From the NCBI GenBank assembly GCA_963716025.1, contig CAVQSY010000003.1, positions 55,059 through 119,058 on the forward strand: a DNA stretch of 64,000 nt. The letters are read 5' to 3'. The first letter of the stretch is position 1; each line of letters opens with the position of its first letter. Positions 1 to 9,488 of this stretch are shown here, in pieces. The position numbers were made by a program, and so were the translations under genes. Origin of the DNA: an uncultured Chloroflexia bacterium. Lineage in GTDB: Bacteria; Chloroflexota; Limnocylindria; Limnocylindrales; CSP1-4. Under the pieces are notes generated by a model. That model had not been told where the DNA came from, did not search any database, and was given only the letters and a program-made list of their open reading frames with translations.

Positions 1-290
1 CGCGCCACCCTCGGCCGGTACCCGGAACGGCGGACGCGGGGACCCGGGGCCATCCCCAGGCCGAGCCGCTCCGCGTCGTAGCGAGCGCGCAGATCCGGGT
101 CGCCGAGCCAGTCGTGCGCGACGTTGATCCGCTTGGCGCGGTCCAGCGCGGCCTCGCCTTCGCCGGAGACGTCCGGGTGGTGGCGCTTGAGCAGCGCCCG
201 CCAGGCCAGCTCGATGGCCTCGGGCGAGGCATCCACGGTGACCTCGAGGCGCGCGTAGAGGTCGTCCTCGGGCAGCGGCTGGCCGGGCAT
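1..290 (-). CDS. J-domain (DnaJ-type) protein, N-terminal part; gene runs off the window start
   Basis: Hand reverse translation from ATG at 290: [72 protein letters not shown]. It has the HPD tripeptide and the J-domain helix pattern. It is absent from the ORF track because it is open at the window edge. Confidence 0.7.
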   Translation of the reverse strand, partial: MPGQPLPEDDLYARLEVTVDASPEAIELAWRALLKRHHPDVSGEGEAALDRAKRINVAHDWLGDPDLRARYDAERLGLGMAPGPRVRRSGYRPRVA

Positions 291-309
291 CGGCCGGGGG
301 CTTCCCGGG

Positions 310-2040
310 TCAGGCCGGCGTCGCGGACCTGCCGGCGAGGAACGCCTCGACGTCCTCGATCGGTCGCACGACCTTGTCGCCCGTCGCGCGGTTCGTTGAC
401 CTCGATCCCGCCGGCTGCCAGCGAGCGCGGGCTGACGGTCAGGATCCAGGGCATCCCGAGCAGCTCCGCGTCGGTGAACTTGACGCCCGGCGACTCGTCG
501 CGGTCGTCGTACAGGATCTCGTGGTGCGGGCCGGCGGCGGCCGCGAGCTCGTGGAGCCGATCCGCGATCTCCGGTCACGCTGGGGATCCTTGTTGGCGCC
601 GAGGGCCACGAGGTGCGCCGGGTACGGGGCCACCTCGGCGGGCCACCGATCCCCTTCTCGTCGTGGTGGGCCTCGACGATGCACGCGACGTTGCGACCCA
701 GGCCGATGCCGTAGGAGCCCATCACGATCGGGTGGCGCTCGCCATCCTCGCCCAGGTACTCGGCGCCCGAGCGCCTCGGTGTACCTGGTCCCGAGCTTGA
801 AGATGTTGCCGACCTCGATGCCGTTGCGCAGGATCACCGTCCCGTCGCAGTTGGGACAGCGGTCGCCCTCGCGGACGCTCGCGATGTCGGCGACCACGTC
901 CGGCGTGTAGTCCCGGCCGACGTTGATGTTGCGCAGGTGGTAGCCCGCGCTTGTTGGCGCCGGCGACCAGGTTGGGGCTCTGCGCCACCAGGTCGTCCAC
1001 CACGATGACCGCGTCGCGGGCGCCGATCGGCGAGCCGTAGCCCGCCTCCATGCCGCGCGCCTGGATCTCCTCGACCTGGGCCGGCCGCAGCCCGCCGATC
1101 GCCTTGATCGCGTTGACCAGCTTGGTCTCGTTGACGTCGTAGTCGCCGCGCACGATGGCCACGACGAACCGCCCGTCGCCGGTCACGAAGAACACGGCCT
1201 TGGCCGTCCGGCTGGCGGGACGCCGAGGAACGCCGCCAGCGCCTCGATCGTGGTCGTGTCGGGGGTGTGCGACCTCCTCGACCGGGGCAGCGTCCTCCTC
1301 GCGGGCCGGCGCATCCGCGATCGTCGGGGCGATCTGGCGGTTCGACGCGTAGCCGCAGGCCTCGCACAGGACCAGCACGTCCTCGCCCGCGGGGTTGAGC
1401 GAACATGAACTCGTGGGCCAGGCTGCCGCCCATCATCCCGACGTCGGAGCTGACCGGCGATCGCCTTGAGGCCGAGGCGCTCGAAGATCCGGGTGTAGGC
1501 CCGATGGTGCGCCCAGTACGCCGTGTCGAGGCCCGCGTCGTCGCGATCGCAGCGTGTACGAGTCCTTCATCACGAACTCGCGGACGCGGATGAGGCCGCC
1601 GCGGGACCGAGGCTCGTCGCGGAACTTGGTCTGGAAGTGGTAGACGATCATCGGCAGCTGCCGGTAGCTGCGCACGATGTCGCGCAGGAGGTCCGCCACG
1701 ACCTCCTCGTGGGTCATCGCGAGCACCATGTCCCGGTCGCGCCCGGTCCTTGAAGCGCGCCATCTCCGGGCCGATCGCGTCGTAGCGGCCGGTCTCCCGC
1801 CACAGGTCCGCCGGGATGGACGACCGGCATCTCCATCTCCTGGCCGCCGATGGCGTTCAGCTCCTCGCGGATGACCTGCTCGACGCGCTGGTTGACGCGG
1901 AACCCGAGCGGCAGCAGCGAGTAGATGCCGGCACCCAGCTGGCGCACGTAGCCCGCCCGCAGCAGCAGGCGGTGGGACGGCATCTCCGCTTCGGAGGGGT
2001 CGTCGCGGAGCGTGGTGAAGAACAGGCTGGAGAGGCGCAT
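310..2040 (-). pseudogene. proS: prolyl-tRNA synthetase with many reading-frame breaks
   Basis: ProS-like blocks are spread over all three minus frames. [49 protein letters not shown] (ORF 1714..3336 tail). [60 protein letters not shown] (ORF 1433..2164). [17 protein letters not shown] (ORF 834..1763). VLCEACGYASNRQIA and AKAVFFVTGDGRFVVAIVRGDYDVNETKLVNAI (ORF 722..1378). [36 protein letters not shown] (ORF 439..897). Hand translation gives the C-terminus [27 protein letters not shown] with a stop at about 310. I count at least eight frame changes. Confidence 0.9.
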
Positions 2041-2187
2041 GGCGCGAAGGATACCGGTCCGGCGCAGCGCGGGCCTCCCGGCCGCAGATGTCGACATGGC
2101 GTTCATCTGCCGGCTCGCGGCCGGTATCCTTTCGACCGCCGCCAGTCCCCAGCCCCGGCGGCACGGAGGAGCCCTCCCATCCAGGAC

Positions 2188-3180
2188 CTGACGCTGTTCC
2201 TGCTCGCGGTCATCGCGCTGGCCGTCGTGTTCGACTACATCAACGGCTTCCACGACACGGCCAACGCGATCGCCACGTCCGTTGCGACCCGTGCCCTCCG
2301 CCCGCAGTACGCGCTGCTGATGGCCGCCGCCTTCAACTTCATCGGCGCCTTCGCCGGGACCGCCGTAGCCAAGACGATCGGGGCCGGGATCGTCGACGAG
2401 CAGACGACCACCCAGGTGGTGGTGGCCGCCGCGCTGATCGGCGCGATCGCGTGGAACCTGATCACGTGGTGGCTGGGCCTGCCCAGCTCGAGCAGTCACG
2501 CGCTGATCGGCGGCCTCCTCGGGGCGACCATCATCGCCAGCGGGACCGGCGCCCTCAAGATCGACGGGATCCTCAACAAGGTGGGCGTGCCGCTGGTCAG
2601 CTCGCCGGTCATCGGGTTCATCGGGGCGCTGGCGCTCATGGTCGCCATGAGCTGGCTGTTCCGGGGGTATGCGCGCAAGCGCCTCAGCACCGTGTTCCGG
2701 CGCCTCCAGGTGTTCTCGGCCGGCTTCATGGCCTTCGCGCACGGCTCCAACGATGCCCAGAAGACGATGGGCATCATCACCCTCGCGCTGTTCTCGGCGG
2801 GGGTCATCCCCACCGTGGAGGTCCCCGTGTGGGTCATCGTGATCTCGGCGACGGCGTTGTCGCTGGGAACCGCGATGGGTGGCTGGCGGATCATGCACAC
2901 GATGGGCCAGCGGGTGGTGGAGCTGGAGCCGATCCACGGCTTCGCGGCCGAGACGACGGCGGCGACCGTCATCTACGGGGCGGCCCACTTCGGGATGCCC
3001 GTGTCCACGACCCACGTCATCTCCAGCGCCATCATGGGCGTCGGCACCAGCCGGGGCCTGCGCGGGGTCCGCTGGGGCGTTGCCCGCCGGATCCTGATCG
3101 CATGGGTGCTCACCATCCCTGCCGCCGGAATCGTCGGTGCCCTGTCCTGGGTGGTGCTCAACGGCATCGGCTTCCGATGA
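2188..3180 (+). CDS. pit: PiT-family inorganic phosphate transporter
   Basis: Frame of ORF 1816..3180. Reads [37 protein letters not shown] and later [13 protein letters not shown] and [16 protein letters not shown], the duplicated PiT signatures. There is no ATG near the first TM helix. GGAGGA at 2165-2170 suggests a non-ATG start around 2179-2188, so the start is uncertain. Confidence 0.85.
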   Translation: MTLFLLAVIALAVVFDYINGFHDTANAIATSVATRALRPQYALLMAAAFNFIGAFAGTAVAKTIGAGIVDEQTTTQVVVAAALIGAIAWNLITWWLGLPSSSSHALIGGLLGATIIASGTGALKIDGILNKVGVPLVSSPVIGFIGALALMVAMSWLFRGYARKRLSTVFRRLQVFSAGFMAFAHGSNDAQKTMGIITLALFSAGVIPTVEVPVWVIVISATALSLGTAMGGWRIMHTMGQRVVELEPIHGFAAETTAATVIYGAAHFGMPVSTTHVISSAIMGVGTSRGLRGVRWGVARRILIAWVLTIPAAGIVGALSWVVLNGIGFR

Positions 3181-3232
3181 GCCGCCCCCGCCCGAACGCC
3201 CTTCCTCGAACGCCCGCCACCGGAGGCCTGCC

Positions 3233-3844
3233 ATGGTCCGCCTGATCCCTCGCGACGAGAAGTTCTTCGACCTGTTCATCAAGGACGGCGAGACGATCCT
3301 GGAAGCGGCGCGCTGTCTCGAATTGATGGTCGCCACCTACGATCGCCTCGATGAGCGGGTCGCCGAGATCCAGGCGCTCGAGAAGGCGGGCGATGCCATC
3401 GACCGGGAGATCGCGACGCGGCTCGAGCGATCGTTCATCACGCCCTTCGACCGCGAGGACATCCACGAGCTGACCGTCCATCTCGACGATGTCCTCGACG
3501 GTATCCAGGCGACGGCCGAGACGTTCCTCATCTACAAGATCGCGCAACCGTCCGGTGAGGCGCGCCAGATGGTCGGGATCCTCGCCGGGCAGGCCGTCCA
3601 GCTGCTGGAGGCACTCTCGAAGCTGGAACGGGGCAAGGGGATCGGAACGCACCTCGAGCTGATCCACGATCTCGAGCACGAAGCGGACGGCCTTTCTCGG
3701 GCCGCGATCGGGCGCCTGTTCGAGGTTGGCAACGATCCGCTGGACGTGATCAAGCAGCGCGACCTCATCAAGAGCCTCGAGGAGACCATCGACGCCGCCG
3801 AGGACGCGGCCGAGGTGATGGAGCGGATCCTCGCCAAGAGCTGA
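3233..3844 (+). CDS. DUF47/PhoU-like accessory protein of PiT transporters
   Basis: ATG at 3233. [33 protein letters not shown]...[15 protein letters not shown]...[13 protein letters not shown]: helical DUF47 (YkaA-type) pattern, directly downstream of pit. Confidence 0.8.
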   Translation: MVRLIPRDEKFFDLFIKDGETILEAARCLELMVATYDRLDERVAEIQALEKAGDAIDREIATRLERSFITPFDREDIHELTVHLDDVLDGIQATAETFLIYKIAQPSGEARQMVGILAGQAVQLLEALSKLERGKGIGTHLELIHDLEHEADGLSRAAIGRLFEVGNDPLDVIKQRDLIKSLEETIDAAEDAAEVMERILAKS

Positions 3845-3911
3845 GTGGGATCCGCGGGCGACCCGACGCATCTCGGCAAGCCCCGCGTCCTGCCACGAGC
3901 CGGCGGCGTCG

Positions 3912-6002
3912 TCACCCGCCGCTGCGGGGATCGTCCTCCGTCCGGGGTCCCATCGAAGCCGCCGTCGTCCGGACGCGCCGGGCATCCGTCGAGGGCGCGG
4001 CGTGCCTCCCGGACATCGGGTGCCGGCCCTCGGCGTCGATCACGTGCATGACCGCGTTGATCAGCGCGAGGTGCGTGAACGCCTGGGGGAAGTTGCCCAG
4101 GTGCCGGCCGGTCTCCGCGTCGATCTCCTCGCCGTACAGGTCCAGCGAGCTGGAGAGCGACAGCAGGCGCTCGCAAAGGCGCCGGCCGCGGCCGACCTCA
4201 CCGATCTGGACAAGGGCCGAGACGAGCCAGAAGGAGCAGATGGTGAAGCTCCCCTCCTTGCCCGACAGACCATCGTCGGTGTGCTCGGTGCGGTAACGCA
4301 GAACCAGCCCGTCCTCGGTCAGCTCGTCGGCGATCGCGAGGACCGTGTTCCTGATGCGCGGGTCGTCGGCCGGCAGGAAGCGGACCAGCGGCAGGAGGAG
4401 CAGCGACGCGTCGAGCGCGGTGGTGTCGTAGTGCTGCGTGAAGACGCCCCGCGAATCCACGCCGTTGGCCAGCACGTCTGTCTTGATCTCGTCCGCGGCA
4501 GCCTGCCAGCGCGAGGCCGCCTCCGCGTCGCCCCGGAGGTGGGCAAGCCGGACACCACGATCCGCAGCGACCCAGCACATCACCTTGGACGAGGTGAAGT
4601 GCCTCGGCTCCCCGCGGACCTCCCAGATGCCCCGATCCGGCAGGCGCCATTCCTCGATGGCCTGCTCGACCAGGCGACTGAGGATGGTCGACATCCGGTC
4701 GTCCAGCCGGTCCCGCGACGAACTGTGGAGGTAGAACGAGTCGAGGATCGCGCCCCAGACATCGTGCTGGCGCTGCTCATAGGCCGCATTCCCGATCCGC
4801 ACCGGCTGGGCGCCGTCGTAGCCCGAGAGGTGGTCCAGCGTCCGCTCCGGGAGCTCCCGCTCGCCCCCGATGCCGTACATCACCTGGATGCCGCCGTCGG
4901 TGCCCGCCAGCTCGGCCAGGAAGTAGAAGAAGTCGTTGGCCTCCCAGTCGAAGCCCAGCGTGTACAGGCCCCACAACGCAAAGGTGGAGTCCCGGACCCA
5001 GCTGTAGCGGTAGTCCCAGTTGCGCTCGCCGCCCGGCGTCTCCGGGAGCGAGGTCGTCGCCGCGGCCACGATGGCCCCTGTCGGTGCGTAGGCCAGGCCC
5101 TTGAGCGTCAAGGCCGACCGCTGGAGGTGCGAACGCCACGGGTGATCCGGGAAGCGGCCCCTGGCCAGCCAGTGCTGCCAGTGGTGCGCGGTCCAGACGA
5201 GCCGCTCCTGGCTCTCGGCGACCGTCCGCGGGGGACGGCCCTCACCCCAGGACAAGGCGACAAACCTCGTCTCGCCGGCCTTGATCAGCGTCCTCGCGAT
5301 GGCGCTTGGACCTTCGAACCCCATCCGGAGGTCGCTGGTGAGCGTGAGCTCCGCGCCGTCCGGACCGCGGCAGACGACCTGATGGTAGTCGTCCCCGGAG
5401 TAGGCCCACTCCCCTGTCGACTGTCCGTAGTCGAACACCGGCTCGCAATCGAGCGTGAGCTGCATCTCACCGTTCACGCACCGGATCGTGCGCAGCAGCA
5501 CGTGCTCGGCATCGTAGTCGGTGGGGGCTCGGCGGTGCGTCCTCGAGCGGATCCCGGTGTTGTGCCATGGTCCGATCAGCAGCACGTCCCGGATGATCAC
5601 CCAGCCGCCGCTGGCGTTCTCCCAGGTGGTCTCGAGCACCATGGTGCCCGGCAGGTAGCGCCGGGCTGCCGGGACCATCACGTCCGCGGGCCCGAGGCGG
5701 AAGCCGCCGGCATCGCGGTCCAGGATCGCCCCGAACACGCTCGGGGAGTCGAACCGGGGCAGGCACATCCATTCGACGGTGCCGCTGGGGGCGACGAGCG
5801 CGGTCACCTCGCCGTCCGACAGGAAGGCGTAGTCGCCGATGGGCGGGAAGGCCGAGCCGTCGTGCCCGCTCGCGGTCAGGGAGCTGGCCGGAGTCACGGT
5901 CCGGGTCGGAGCGGGACCGACGAGCGGCGCACGTGGACCGGCGCCCTGGTCCGGGACCGGGGTGTCGGGCGGCTGTCCGGCTGTCTCTCGCTCGACCTGC
6001 AT
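3912..6002 (-). CDS. glycoside hydrolase family 15 (glucoamylase/trehalase-like)
   Basis: ORF 3912..6365. PIGDYAFLSDGEVTALVAPSGTVEWMCLPRFDSPSVFGAILD, WDYRYSWVRDSTFALWGLYTLGF and QAFTHLALINAV are typical GH15 blocks. I prefer the start MQVERETAG (ATG at 6002). The ORF also stays open upstream through the 18-bp repeat. Confidence 0.85.
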   Translation of the reverse strand: MQVERETAGQPPDTPVPDQGAGPRAPLVGPAPTRTVTPASSLTASGHDGSAFPPIGDYAFLSDGEVTALVAPSGTVEWMCLPRFDSPSVFGAILDRDAGGFRLGPADVMVPAARRYLPGTMVLETTWENASGGWVIIRDVLLIGPWHNTGIRSRTHRRAPTDYDAEHVLLRTIRCVNGEMQLTLDCEPVFDYGQSTGEWAYSGDDYHQVVCRGPDGAELTLTSDLRMGFEGPSAIARTLIKAGETRFVALSWGEGRPPRTVAESQERLVWTAHHWQHWLARGRFPDHPWRSHLQRSALTLKGLAYAPTGAIVAAATTSLPETPGGERNWDYRYSWVRDSTFALWGLYTLGFDWEANDFFYFLAELAGTDGGIQVMYGIGGERELPERTLDHLSGYDGAQPVRIGNAAYEQRQHDVWGAILDSFYLHSSSRDRLDDRMSTILSRLVEQAIEEWRLPDRGIWEVRGEPRHFTSSKVMCWVAADRGVRLAHLRGDAEAASRWQAAADEIKTDVLANGVDSRGVFTQHYDTTALDASLLLLPLVRFLPADDPRIRNTVLAIADELTEDGLVLRYRTEHTDDGLSGKEGSFTICSFWLVSALVQIGEVGRGRRLCERLLSLSSSLDLYGEEIDAETGRHLGNFPQAFTHLALINAVMHVIDAEGRHPMSGRHAAPSTDARRVRTTAASMGPRTEDDPRSGG

Positions 6003-6075
6003 CGTGCCTCCGTGGACGACCAGTTTCCCACGCGCGGCAAATCGGGCCCATGGCCCGGGAGGGCCATCAGGGAAC

Positions 6076-6219
6076 GGGACCGCGCCCCCAGGCGGGACCG
6101 CGCCCCCAGGCGGGACCGCGCCCCCAGGCGGGACCGCGCCCCCAGGCAGGACCGCGCCCCCAGGCAGGACCGCGCCCCCAGGCGGGACCGCGCCCCCGGG
6201 CGGGACCGCGCCCCCAGGC
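6076..6219. repeat. tandem repeat, 18-bp unit GGGACCGCGCCCCCAGGC x8 (three units with one substitution)
   Basis: Read directly. Units start at 6076, 6094, 6112, 6130, 6148, 6166, 6184 and 6202. In the minus frame of the GH15 ORF the array reads (GGAVPP)n. Confidence 0.95.
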
Positions 6220-6240
6220 GCGCCGGGTCCGATCGCGGGG

Positions 6241-6368
6241 CGAGTGAACGGTGCGCTCGATGGCGATCCCACTCGCCCCGCGAGCCGGGTCCGGGCGGAT
6301 GCTGCCCAGGGACGTCCGGTTGCGCACGCCCCGCGAGTGGGACCATGCCGGACCGCACCGTTCACTCG
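6241..6368. repeat. 128-bp nested inverted-repeat element (15-bp perfect outer arms, 9-bp inner arms)
   Basis: CGAGTGAACGGTGCG (6241-6255) is the exact reverse complement of CGCACCGTTCACTCG (6354-6368). The inner pair is CCCACTCGC (6268-6276) and GCGAGTGGG (6333-6341). Confidence 0.8.
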
Positions 6369-6441
6369 GCCGGCGAGCGAGTCCTGTGGGGTTGCGGGAA
6401 CCTGCCGGCGAGCGGGCGCCGGGCGTCCACGCCTGGCGGAT

Positions 6442-7137
6442 TCAGCCGGGGCGGCGGTACACGTAGCCGACCCCGCGGACGGTCTGCACGTACTGGGGTC
6501 TGGCTGGGTCCTCCTCCAGCTCGGAGCGGAGCCAGTGCACGTGGACGTCTACCGTCCGGGTCTCGCCCGCGTAGTCGTAGCCCCAGACCTTCTCCAGGAG
6601 CTGGTCCCGGGAGAAGACCTGGCCCGGGTTGCGGACCAGGAAGGACAGCAGCTCGAAGGCCTTGGGCTTGAGTGGGACCGCCACGCCGTCGCGCAGGACG
6701 CGATGGCCTGCGAGGTCGATCTGGACCCGGCCAAGGTCCATCAGCGGCGGCGGCCCGTCGACGGCGGCCCGCTGCTCGGCACGCCTGAAGATCGCCCGGA
6801 TGCGGGCGGTGAGCTCGCGGAGGCTGAACGGCTTGGTGACGTAGTCGTCGGCGCCGAGCTCGAGGCCCACCACCTTGTCCACCTCCCCGTCACGCGCGGT
6901 GAGCATGATGATCGGCACGGCCGACTCGGCGCGCAGGATCCGGCAGACCTCGACACCCGAGAGCTCCGGCAGCATCAGGTCGAGCAGGACGAGGTCCGGA
7001 CGGCTCTCCCGAAACCGGGTCAGGGCCTCGCGTCCGTCGGCCGCCGGGATCGCACGGAACCCCTCGAGCTCCAGGGCCTCGACGAGGGTCTCGCGAAGGG
7101 TCGTCTCGTCATCGACGACGAGGATGGTGCGAGCCAT
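6442..7137 (-). CDS. OmpR/PhoB-family response regulator, PhoP/RegX3-like; no histidine kinase adjacent
   Basis: MARTILVVDDETTLRETLVEALELEGFRAIPAADGREALTRFRESRPDLVLLDLMLPELSGVEVCRILR...DKVVGLELGADDYVTKPFSLRELTARIRAIFRR, then a winged-helix C-terminus ...RTVDVHVHWLRSELEEDPARPQYVQTVRGVGYVY. ATG at 7137. Confidence 0.9.
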   Translation of the reverse strand: MARTILVVDDETTLRETLVEALELEGFRAIPAADGREALTRFRESRPDLVLLDLMLPELSGVEVCRILRAESAVPIIMLTARDGEVDKVVGLELGADDYVTKPFSLRELTARIRAIFRRAEQRAAVDGPPPLMDLGRVQIDLAGHRVLRDGVAVPLKPKAFELLSFLVRNPGQVFSRDQLLEKVWGYDYAGETRTVDVHVHWLRSELEEDPARPQYVQTVRGVGYVYRRPG

Positions 7138-7173
7138 GTGCCCCGGATGGTCGCCGCTGGAGGTTAACGCCGT

Positions 7174-7206
7174 GTTCACGTCGTGTTCACGTCGTGTTGG
7201 GGGCCG
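7174..7206 (+). promoter_or_regulatory. 11-nt-phased direct repeats GTTCACGTCGT x2 plus a degenerate third unit (PHO-box-like)
   Basis: GTTCACG occurs at 7174-7180 and 7185-7191, exactly 11 nt apart, followed by GTTGGGG at 7196. The site lies in the 79-bp gap between the gltX stop and the response-regulator start. Confidence 0.45.
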
Positions 7207-7216
7207 TCGAGGCCGG

Positions 7217-8713
7217 TCATCCGCGAGGGGCGAGGCTCGTGACCGCCCGGTCGAGACGGGCCAGGGTCCGATCCCGACCGAGGGCAACGAGCGTGTCGAA
7301 CAGGGGCGGGGTGGCGGTCTGGCCGGTTGTGGCCACGCGGACGGCCATGAACAGGTCGCCGGCTTTCCAGCCGCGGGCCTCGGCGAGGGCGCGCAGCGGC
7401 GGCTCCAGCTCGTCGGCCTCCCAGGTGACCGCATCGTGGGCCGCGAGGGCTGCCCTCGCGGCCACCAGCCCATCGCGGGTCGTCGCGGGATCCCAGCGCT
7501 TGGGGACGAGCAGCGCCGGGTCCACGGCGAGCTCGTCCCGCCACAGGAACCCGGCCACGTCCACGATCGCCGCCAGGGTCGGGATCCGCTCCCGCACCAT
7601 CGGCAGCAGCGATCGCACCTCGTCGGCCGACGGCGCATGGTCGACCTGACCCGCGACGCAGGCCGCCTCGAGGAACGGCAGCAGCCGGTCCACCAGGTCC
7701 TCATCGGCCAGCTTCCGGATCCACTGGCCGTTGAGCCACTCCAGCCGCTCCCGGTCGAAGCGGGCCCCACCCTTCTGGACCTTGTCCAACTCGAAGCGGT
7801 CGACGATCTCGTCGATCGTGAGCACGTCCTCCTCGGTTCCCGGCGACCAGCCCAGGAACGCGAAGTAGTTGACCAGGGCCTCGCGCAGGAACCCCTGGGC
7901 CACGTAGTCGGCGACGGCGGTCTGGCTCTTGCGCTTGCTCATCTTGGTGCCGTCGGGGTTGAGGATGAGCGGCAGGTGGGCGAACAGCGGCAGCGGGTAG
8001 CCCAGCGCCTCGAACAGCAGGATGTGCTTGGGCGTGTTGCTGACGTGGTCCTCGCCGCGGATCACGTGGCTGATCCGCATCGCCATGTCGTCGACCACCA
8101 CGGTGAAGTGGTACAGGGGGGTGCCGTCGGCGCGGACGATCACGAAATCGCCGCCGAGGTTCGCCGTGTCGATCTCCACCCGGTCTCGCACGAGATCGTC
8201 CCACGCGACGACGCCGGGGCGCACCCGGAACCGCAGGGCGCCCCGATGACCCGCTGCCTCTCGCGCTGCGCGCTCGTCAACGGTCAGCGCGGCACACCGT
8301 CCGAGGTAGCGGACCGGCTCCTTCGCGGCCTCCTGGGCCTTCCGGTCGGCATCGAGCTGGTCCGTCGTGCAGTAGCAAGGGTAGGCGCGGTCCTGCTCGA
8401 GCAGCAGCCGGGCCGCGGCGGCGTAGTCGTCGATGCGGGCCATCTGACGGTACGGCGCATACGGGCCCACCTCGCCCAGGCCGCCCACGCCCGGTCCTTC
8501 GTCCCACGTGATCCCGAGCCAGTGGAGGCCGTCGAGGATGTCCTTCTCGAACGCCGAGGTGCTCCGGGCGACATCGGTGTCCTCGAGCCGCAGGACGAAG
8601 GTGCCGCCGACGTGCCTTGCGAACAGGTAGTTGAACAGCGCCGTGCGCGCCGTCCCGATGTGGAGGGGGCCGGTTGGGCTGGGCGCGATGCGGACTCGGG
8701 TGTGGGAGGGCAT
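7217..8713 (-). CDS. gltX: glutamyl-tRNA synthetase
   Basis: Intact 498-aa ORF. RVRIAPSPTGPLHIGTARTALFNYLFARHVGGTFVLRLEDTD (HIGH motif) and GTKMSKRKS (KMSKS motif). Confidence 0.95.
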   Translation of the reverse strand: MPSHTRVRIAPSPTGPLHIGTARTALFNYLFARHVGGTFVLRLEDTDVARSTSAFEKDILDGLHWLGITWDEGPGVGGLGEVGPYAPYRQMARIDDYAAAARLLLEQDRAYPCYCTTDQLDADRKAQEAAKEPVRYLGRCAALTVDERAAREAAGHRGALRFRVRPGVVAWDDLVRDRVEIDTANLGGDFVIVRADGTPLYHFTVVVDDMAMRISHVIRGEDHVSNTPKHILLFEALGYPLPLFAHLPLILNPDGTKMSKRKSQTAVADYVAQGFLREALVNYFAFLGWSPGTEEDVLTIDEIVDRFELDKVQKGGARFDRERLEWLNGQWIRKLADEDLVDRLLPFLEAACVAGQVDHAPSADEVRSLLPMVRERIPTLAAIVDVAGFLWRDELAVDPALLVPKRWDPATTRDGLVAARAALAAHDAVTWEADELEPPLRALAEARGWKAGDLFMAVRVATTGQTATPPLFDTLVALGRDRTLARLDRAVTSLAPRG

Positions 8714-8750
8714 GCCCCGATTGTAGGGGGCGGCGACGTGGGGACCCGGG

Positions 8751-9479
8751 TCAGCCCCCGAGCGGAGCCGGGACCCGGTGGAACAGCGCCGGATCGGCCT
8801 CGCCGGGCAGCATCCGGATCAGGGCCGCCGGACGCAGGCCCAGCGTCGCCCGGCCACGCGGGCCATCGAGCGTGAGGCTGTCGAGCGACTCCGAACGCGC
8901 CAGGATGGTGACGTGGGCCCCCGGGGTCAGCGCCCGGGCCTCGAGGTAGGACAGCAGGCCCGCGTCCTCCTCGGCCTCCTCCGTGATCCGCAGCACGGTG
9001 GCCCGCGATCCGGACTCCAGCTCGCTGAGCGGGATCCCGGCCGGCCGGCGATGGGCGATCTCGAGGTCGATGGGGTTGCCGTGCGGGCAGGTCTCGGGGT
9101 GCCCGAGCAGCTCGTCGAGCCGTGACTCGACCCGGGGTGAGAGCGCGCCCTGGAGCCGGGCCGCTTCCACGTCGCTCTCGGCCCAGGTCAGGCCGACGAC
9201 GGAGGTGAGGAGCCACTCGAGCAGGGCATGGCGATGGAAGATCCCATCCGCGGCAGCGCGCCCCGCGTGCGTGAGCACCAGCCCGCGGCCGGTCGATGGC
9301 TCGAGGAGCCCGTCGGACGCCAGCCGGCGGCACATCTCGCTCGCCGCCTGCGTGGACACCCCGACGTGGCGCCCCAGCTGTGCCGAGGTTGCCACCCGAC
9401 CATCCGAGCCCATCACGCGAAGGGCGAGCAGATACTCCTGGGCGGCCGCGGAGATGTCGTCGCTGTCGTTCCGGCGCAT
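8751..9479 (-). CDS. DtxR/IdeR/MntR-family metal-dependent transcriptional regulator with a C-terminal FeoA/SH3-like domain
   Basis: AAQEYLLALRVMGSDGRVATSAQLGRHVGVSTQAASEMCRRLASDGLLE...HRHALLEWLL...LLGHPETCPHGNPI...LSELESGSRATVLRITEE. Confidence 0.85.
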   Translation of the reverse strand: MRRNDSDDISAAAQEYLLALRVMGSDGRVATSAQLGRHVGVSTQAASEMCRRLASDGLLEPSTGRGLVLTHAGRAAADGIFHRHALLEWLLTSVVGLTWAESDVEAARLQGALSPRVESRLDELLGHPETCPHGNPIDLEIAHRRPAGIPLSELESGSRATVLRITEEAEEDAGLLSYLEARALTPGAHVTILARSESLDSLTLDGPRGRATLGLRPAALIRMLPGEADPALFHRVPAPLGG

Positions 9480-9488
9480 GTCCGAAGT

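Noticed and set aside
2090-2133. PHO-box upstream of pit: GTTCATCTGCC at 2101-2111.
   Set aside because: Only one 11-nt unit matches the GTTCAY core. The flanking in-phase units (GTCGACATGGC, GGCTCGCGGCC, GGTATCCTTTC) are poor. A single unit is not enough to call a site.
1714-3336. 540-aa minus ORF spanning the pit gene and the proS 5' end.
   Set aside because: Only its last 108 aa (from ATG at 2040) are ProS-like. The remainder is antisense to the PiT transporter and has an Arg/Asp/Gly-rich nonsense composition.
4002-6671. 889-aa + strand ORF antisense to the GH15 gene. Similar long antisense ORFs occur at 20810..22771 (+), 34148..35824 (+), 49702..51792 (-), 40374..42098 (-), 37561..38730 (-) and 51252..53732 (+).
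   Set aside because: Their translations are Arg/Pro/Gly/Ala-rich low-complexity sequence with no family-like blocks. Each overlaps a well-supported gene on the other strand. Long stop-free antisense frames are expected at this GC content.
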